30,753 nucleotides of DNA. Origin: an uncultured Cryomorphaceae bacterium (GTDB lineage: Bacteria; Bacteroidota; Bacteroidia; Flavobacteriales; Schleiferiaceae). How positions within the stretch are numbered: the first letter of the stretch is position 1; the number at the start of each line of letters is the position of its first letter. The notes under the pieces were generated by a model. The model was not told the origin of the DNA and did not search any database. It saw nothing but the letters and a program-made list of their open reading frames with translations. Positions 26,394-30,753 of the stretch are shown here, one piece after another. A program made the position numbers and the translations under genes. Location of the stretch: NCBI GenBank assembly GCA_937900215.1, contig CALCFH010000380.1, forward strand, positions 1 through 30,753, in the 5' to 3' direction.

Positions 26394-26424
26394 CAAAAGT
26401 AGTACGCAAAGAAGTTGTGGCAAA
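26394..26424 (-). promoter_or_regulatory. Bacteroidota sigma70 promoter for the HmuY-like cluster
   Basis: -33 TTTG (26421-26424), 19-nt spacer, -7 TACTTTTG (26394-26401); full consensus with canonical spacing. Confidence 0.8.
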
Positions 26425-26450
26425 ACTAAGTTTGGTAAATTTTGCATGCT

Positions 26451-27530
26451 ATGATAGATATCATAAAACCTAGACCTTCTCGCACGGTAGTGGTAGCCGT
26501 TTTAAATTGGGGAATTGGCCATGCAAGCCGGTGTCTTCCCTTAATTAAAGAACTGCAAAAATCGGGTAAAGAGGTTGTTGTGTTTTCTGATGGCATAGCG
26601 TTGGAATTTTTATTGCTTCAATTCCCTGGCATAAAACATTTTTCTGTTCCGTCTTATAACATCCGTTATAGAGGGAAGGTTTTGTTACTGGAAATGTTAT
26701 TTCAACTGCCCTCCATTGCCTGGGCGGCCTTTAGAGAAAGACGCATTCTGAGAAGTTGGCTAAAGCAGAATTCTTGCGAGCGTATTTTTTCAGACAATCG
26801 ATTGGGCTTTGTTTCGAAGGAAATCCCTTCTTTTTATATTTCACATCAGCTCAATATTCAAGTTGGAATACTGAGTCCTTTGGCCTCTTTCCTCCATTAT
26901 GTATACTATCGCCGCTTTACGGCGGTTTTGGTTCCAGACCAAAGTCAAGGAGACGGATTGTCGGGTATTCTTGCTCATCCATTCGCCAAAGAACCAAAGA
27001 CCTATTCGTTCGGACTGTGGAGTCGCTTTGCATGGAGATTACATCCACCCTCTGAAAAGAAAAACTATGTATTAATTCTATTAAGCGGACCGGAGCCAGC
27101 ACGCAGCGCATGGGAAAGAGATCTTCTTTTACAAATGAAGGAGTTAAATGAGAACTCGTTTGTTCTGGTCAGAGGCACCACAAAAGAAGCCTTAAAAGAG
27201 AGGCCAGAAAATGTAGCGGTCTACGATCTAATTGGGGCCGACTTGCTTGAGAGTCTAATTGTCAACTCAAAAGGGGTGATTTGTCGTTCGGGCTATTCTA
27301 CGCTTATGGACTTGGCAGTATTGCAAGCCAAGGCTTTTGTAGTTGCAACACCCGGTCAAACAGAGCAGCTGTATTTAGCGGACTATCATAGCAGCAGAAA
27401 TCATGTGCGAACTGCGAGCCAGAAGAATTTTTCTTTAGAAGAAGCCGTAAGAGAGATAGAGGAAGGCATTTTTGGATTTGAAAAACCCCAAGAGGCCAAT
27501 TTTAAGGAGCTCTTAGCGCGCCTTCCGTAG
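26451..27530 (+). CDS. GT-B glycosyltransferase (GT28 C-terminal / MJ1255-like)
   Basis: 'LNWGIGHASRCLPLI', 'IFSDNR', 'ICRSGYSTLMDL' and 'TPGQTEQLYLA'. ATG 26451 is preferred over TTG 26442. Confidence 0.85.
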   Translation: MIDIIKPRPSRTVVVAVLNWGIGHASRCLPLIKELQKSGKEVVVFSDGIALEFLLLQFPGIKHFSVPSYNIRYRGKVLLLEMLFQLPSIAWAAFRERRILRSWLKQNSCERIFSDNRLGFVSKEIPSFYISHQLNIQVGILSPLASFLHYVYYRRFTAVLVPDQSQGDGLSGILAHPFAKEPKTYSFGLWSRFAWRLHPPSEKKNYVLILLSGPEPARSAWERDLLLQMKELNENSFVLVRGTTKEALKERPENVAVYDLIGADLLESLIVNSKGVICRSGYSTLMDLAVLQAKAFVVATPGQTEQLYLADYHSSRNHVRTASQKNFSLEEAVREIEEGIFGFEKPQEANFKELLARLP

Positions 27531-28568
27531 GGTGAAAGAAAAAGTAGAGCCTACATTTTCCGCAGATCGCACATTAATGGTTTGTCTATGTCCTTCTATA
27601 ATGTGTTTTACTATGGCCAATCCAAGTCCAGAGCCGCCCATATCGCGTGCTCTACTTTTATCTACCCTATAGAATCGCTCAAAAACTCTAGGGATGTCTT
27701 TTTCGGGTATGCCTAGTCCATTATCGGATATTTCAACCAATACATTTTGGTGCATATCGTACAATTTCACCTCCACAAAGCCTTTGCTTTGTTTGCTGTA
27801 TTTAATGGCATTGTTGAGCAAGTTCACCAGAACTTGTTCAATGCGCTGAGGGTCTCCTTCTACCCAGAAAGATTGTTTGGTGTTTGGAATACGGAGTTCA
27901 ACAGAGCGCTCCTTAGCCATATCATCAAAGAGCTCTGCCGTTTCTTTTAAGACTGAATTCAGGTCGAATTCAACCAACTTAATATCCAACACACCCGATT
28001 CTAAACGTGTAATGAGTTCAAGATCATTTATAATGTTGATCATTCTCTCAACACTTTTAGATGCCCGTGTTAAATAGCGCGTATTGATTTCCGGATCGTC
28101 AATGGCGCCATCCAACAGAGTAAGAAGATACCCCTGAATATTAAAAATCGGTGTCTTGAGTTCATGACTAATGTTTCCTATGAACTCCCGTCTATAGGTT
28201 TCTCTCTCTCTTAAATCGGCCAGTTCTTGGCTTCGCTGAGAGTCCCATTCGCTTACTTCCTTGCTCACTGAAGAAAGATCTCTTGTGATCTTTGATTTCG
28301 GACTCTTCTTTTCTCCTGTTTTTAGGTTGTGAATGTTCTTGTAGATCAGGGTAATTTTCTCATAAATAAAGCGATCTGTCAATCGCCATATCAGTAAAAA
28401 GCAAAGGAGTAAGACAATGGCGTGCAAAGACAAAAAGAAGGGCCAAGAAAAGGCCATTCCAGACATCCAATAGGCTATATAAAACAATAGATAAGAAGCA
28501 AGGCCTAGAATGGTGGTTATCAGTAAGGAGAGTAAAAGAGGATTGTCTAATCTAGATTGCCTTGACAT
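27513..28568 (-). CDS. Sensor histidine kinase, PhoR/RprX-like
   Basis: Two N-terminal TM helices with almost no periplasmic loop. H-box 'FIGNISHELKTP', N-box 'NLLNNAIKY', G1 'DNGLGI', F 'FERFYRVDKSR' and G2 'GSGLGLAIVKH'. Confidence 0.93.
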   Translation of the reverse strand: MSRQSRLDNPLLLSLLITTILGLASYLLFYIAYWMSGMAFSWPFFLSLHAIVLLLCFLLIWRLTDRFIYEKITLIYKNIHNLKTGEKKSPKSKITRDLSSVSKEVSEWDSQRSQELADLRERETYRREFIGNISHELKTPIFNIQGYLLTLLDGAIDDPEINTRYLTRASKSVERMINIINDLELITRLESGVLDIKLVEFDLNSVLKETAELFDDMAKERSVELRIPNTKQSFWVEGDPQRIEQVLVNLLNNAIKYSKQSKGFVEVKLYDMHQNVLVEISDNGLGIPEKDIPRVFERFYRVDKSRARDMGGSGLGLAIVKHIIEGHRQTINVRSAENVGSTFSFTLRKAR

Positions 28569-28577
28569 ATTTTATTC

Positions 28578-29267
28578 TTAAATCTCAAATTTATAGCCCA
28601 CGCCTTTTACGGTACGAATGTACTTCTCACCAATTTTTTCGCGAATTTTTCGAACATGAACGTCAATGGTTCGTCCACCCACAACCACATCATTGCCCCA
28701 TATTCTATCTAAAATTTCATCGCGACTAAACACCTTGCCTTGTTTGGTGCAAAGGAGATAGAGCAGTTCAAATTCTTTTCTTGGAAGCTCAATTTTTTTT
28801 GACTTCACCGTTACTTGGTATTTCTCATGATCAATAGACAGATCGCCAAAAGTGAGTATAGAATCTTCCATTACCTCCGTTGAAGAAGAAGAGCGCCTTA
28901 ATAATGCCTTAACACGACTCACCAATACTTTTGGCTTAATAGGTTTGGTAATATAATCGTCTGCGCCTGCATCAAAGCCGGCCACTTGAGAGTAATCTTC
29001 GCCTCGAGCTGTTAGAAATGCAATTAAAGTGTCTTTAAAGTTTTCGTCTTTGCGGAGAATATCGCAGGTTTCAATGCCATCCATTCCGGGCATCATTACG
29101 TCTAATAGAATAAGATGAGGCCTTTGTTTACGGGCCTTATCTAGGGCTTCTAAGCCATTTGAAGCTGTGGTAACAAGAAAACCTTCCTTTTTGAGATTGT
29201 AGCCAACAAACTCAAGAATGTCTGCCTCATCATCTACCAACAGAATTTTGAAATCGCTGTTTTCCAT
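28578..29267 (-). CDS. OmpR-family response regulator, PhoP/RprY-like
   Basis: ATG 29267 (MENSDFKILLVDDE). Receiver 'LLDVMMP', 'FLTA' and 'DDYITKP'. Winged helix 'LPRKEFELL..VFSRDEIL..RTIDVHVRKIREK..TVKGVGYKF'. Confidence 0.95.
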   Translation of the reverse strand: MENSDFKILLVDDEADILEFVGYNLKKEGFLVTTASNGLEALDKARKQRPHLILLDVMMPGMDGIETCDILRKDENFKDTLIAFLTARGEDYSQVAGFDAGADDYITKPIKPKVLVSRVKALLRRSSSSTEVMEDSILTFGDLSIDHEKYQVTVKSKKIELPRKEFELLYLLCTKQGKVFSRDEILDRIWGNDVVVGGRTIDVHVRKIREKIGEKYIRTVKGVGYKFEI

Positions 29268-29282
29268 TGCTGTAATTTGAAT

Positions 29283-29290
29283 CAAAAATA
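29283..29290 (-). promoter_or_regulatory. Candidate -7 element TATTTTTG for the response regulator-kinase pair
   Basis: Exact TAnnTTTG match 15 nt upstream of ATG 29267. Confidence 0.5.
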
Positions 29291-29399
29291 GCCATTGGGA
29301 ATTTGGGTGATTCATGCAACCCAAACTTCTACATTTCTTAATTTACAGATAATATTGGCGCTGTCAGCAAACTTCACTTTTGCACAACGAATAAATAAC

Positions 29400-29414
29400 A
29401 TTCTGACTCAGAAT
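29400..29414. promoter_or_regulatory. 15-bp palindrome ATTCTGA-C-TCAGAAT in the leader of the lipoprotein gene
   Basis: Perfect odd palindrome seen directly, downstream of a CACTTTTGCA -7-like element (29375-29384); function unknown. Confidence 0.4.
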
Positions 29415-29441
29415 ATGAATCAGAAAAAAATTAAGAGCAAA

Positions 29442-30698
29442 ATGAGAACAAAGAGTTTCAAAACAGCAATTTTCGCTGCTATTGTACTGGTTGGAATAGG
29501 TACTTCATGTACAGATGACAACAACGACAACCCTAACATTCCAACGAATACAAACGTAATCAAAACGGGTCAAATTACAGCCGACGAGACTTGGACGGCA
29601 GACAAAGTATATCAACTTAGAGGTCGTGTAACTGTGGTAAACGGTGCAACCTTAACCATTCAAGCAGGAACAGTAGTGAAGGGTGAGGCAGGACAGGATG
29701 CCAATGCTTCTGTATTAATCATTGCACGCGGCGGAAAAATCAACGCTCAAGGAACCTCTACTTCTCCTATTATTTTCACTTCTGTAGCAGACAATATCGT
29801 TTCTGGTCAAGTGGCTAGTCCGAATTTGAATGGTTCTTTCTCTGGTCTTTGGGGCGGTGTAATTGTTCTTGGTAGAGCACCCATATCCATCCAAAACGGA
29901 ACTCAAGCACAAATAGAAGGCATTCCACCAACAGACACCAATGGTTTATACGGAGGAAGCAATCCTACAGACAACTCAGGTATCCTACGCTATGTTTCAA
30001 TCCGTCACGGAGGAACACTGATCGGCAACGGTAATGAAATCAACGGTCTTACCCTTGGCGGTGTAGGTTCTGGAACGAGCATCGACCATATCGAGGTTTT
30101 GGGTAACCTAGACGATGGAGTAGAGTGGTTCGGTGGAACTGTAAATGTATCGGATCTATTGGTTTGGAATACAGGAGATGATGCCTTTGATGTAGACCAA
30201 GCCTATACAGGTACTATCAATAATATTATCGGCATTGGCGGTGCTGCACAAGACCATGCCCTTGAAATTGATGGACCAGAAGGATCTTTAACTGGTGGAT
30301 TCACCATGACCAATGGTACCTTTGTTGGATACAACGATCAGGGTACAGACGGAGGAGAATATGGCGACTTCCGCGATGGCGCAGAAGGAAGCCTGAGCAA
30401 CCTTTTCTTCAAGAATTTCTCAGATAATTCAGATCTAGAGTTAGACGATGATGTTTCATCAAACAACTATAAGGCGGGTACTTTGATGTTCGGTTCTGCT
30501 TGGCAGTTCGATGTATCGCACCTTACTTCTGGAAACCTTACTACAGATGATATTTTTGCAGATAAGTCTCCCGCTGGAGATGCCTTCTCAGATTTGAGTT
30601 TCTCAACTATTGTTACCACTCCAACGGTTGGAGCCGATGCGTCAGAATTCGCAGGTTGGACTTGGGGTGATGTTTTAGGTGCTTTAGACGGACTATAG
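29442..30698 (+). CDS. Surface lipoprotein with a predicted right-handed parallel beta-helix, acidic and Gly-rich
   Basis: SPII signal MRTKSFKTAIFAAIVLVGIGTS-C followed by acidic TDDNND. Coils 'LTIQAGTVVKG', 'LIIARGGKINAQGT', 'DNSGILRYVSIRHGG', 'NEINGLTLGGVGSGT' and 'DDGVEWFGGTVN'. ATG 29415 is an alternative start. Confidence 0.8.
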   Translation: MRTKSFKTAIFAAIVLVGIGTSCTDDNNDNPNIPTNTNVIKTGQITADETWTADKVYQLRGRVTVVNGATLTIQAGTVVKGEAGQDANASVLIIARGGKINAQGTSTSPIIFTSVADNIVSGQVASPNLNGSFSGLWGGVIVLGRAPISIQNGTQAQIEGIPPTDTNGLYGGSNPTDNSGILRYVSIRHGGTLIGNGNEINGLTLGGVGSGTSIDHIEVLGNLDDGVEWFGGTVNVSDLLVWNTGDDAFDVDQAYTGTINNIIGIGGAAQDHALEIDGPEGSLTGGFTMTNGTFVGYNDQGTDGGEYGDFRDGAEGSLSNLFFKNFSDNSDLELDDDVSSNNYKAGTLMFGSAWQFDVSHLTSGNLTTDDIFADKSPAGDAFSDLSFSTIVTTPTVGADASEFAGWTWGDVLGALDGL

Positions 30699-30730
30699 TA
30701 GAAAGTCAACACATAGAGACTTTAATGAAA

Positions 30731-30753
30731 GAGAGGCACAGGATTTTCCTGTG
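30731..30753 (+). terminator. Probable intrinsic terminator hairpin, truncated by the window end
   Basis: CACAGGA-ttt-TCCTGTG stem at 30737-30753, preceded by GAGAGG, about 40 nt after the stop codon. The rest of the stem and any U-tract lie outside the window. Confidence 0.5.

Noticed and set aside
26358-26450. Cobalamin riboswitch / B12-uptake interpretation of the TonB cluster
   Set aside because: The leader is about 30 nt with no B12-box, and a Fur-like palindrome and FRAP-His motif point to iron/heme instead.
29327-29357. Possible OmpR/Pho-box direct repeats (TACA/TAAT) upstream of the lipoprotein promoter
   Set aside because: No consistent 10-11-nt-period repeat could be aligned; indistinguishable from AT-rich background.
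2285-29441. Longer upstream starts given by the ORF track (2285, 8586, 10384, 11896, 20912, 25112, 26442, 29324, 29295)
   Set aside because: Downstream ATGs match the family N-termini or signal peptides, and the extensions run over promoters or neighbouring genes.
1174-30712. Remaining 60-127 aa ORFs in the track nested in or antisense to larger genes (for example 1645-1926, 4955-5338, 11169-11483, 15801-16121, 17815-18132, 18879-19202, 22475-22789, 26756-27055, 30467-30712)
   Set aside because: Each is fully overlapped by a well-supported gene and none shows a family signature.
1-30753. CRISPR arrays, transposases, integrases, prophage or defence genes, tRNA/rRNA, frameshifted pseudogenes
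   Set aside because: None seen. Genes tile the window with gaps of 174 nt or less, all recognised proteins appear full length, and I saw no obvious compositional shift.

Overview
Gene-dense, ~42% GC (visual estimate) Bacteroidota chromosomal segment, most likely Flavobacteriales. The taxon is inferred from TAnnTTTG promoter elements, a T9SS sorting domain, Sec/SPII lipoproteins with acidic export signals and a yceD-rpmF-fabH-accBC block. About 30 genes tile the window and most are housekeeping: sugar nucleotidyltransferase (partial), dut, flippase, M28 peptidase, gpsA, patatin-POTRA-barrel, uvrC, purD, fatty-acid genes, korAB, nfu, mrp, atl, trmB, a glycosyltransferase and a PhoPR/RprXY-like two-component pair. 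I found no mobile element, CRISPR array, rRNA or tRNA. The most notable element is a three-gene cluster at 21928-26357 (minus strand). It encodes a T9SS-secreted protein with two HmuY-like repeats, a TonB-dependent receptor carrying a FRAP..H..NSNL motif, and a lipid-anchored paralog of the secreted protein. The cluster lies behind a clean Bacteroidota promoter and a palindromic Fur-box-like site, and looks like a secreted-hemophore / surface-lipoprotein / receptor relay. It heads an uninterrupted nine-gene run that ends in Fe-S biogenesis genes and korAB. Other points of interest are a nitroreductase-fold protein with the full iodotyrosine deiodinase residue set, and a cluster of four TGANTCA palindromes between the two-component system and a divergent beta-helix lipoprotein. 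All functional calls come from motif recognition only; no searches were run.
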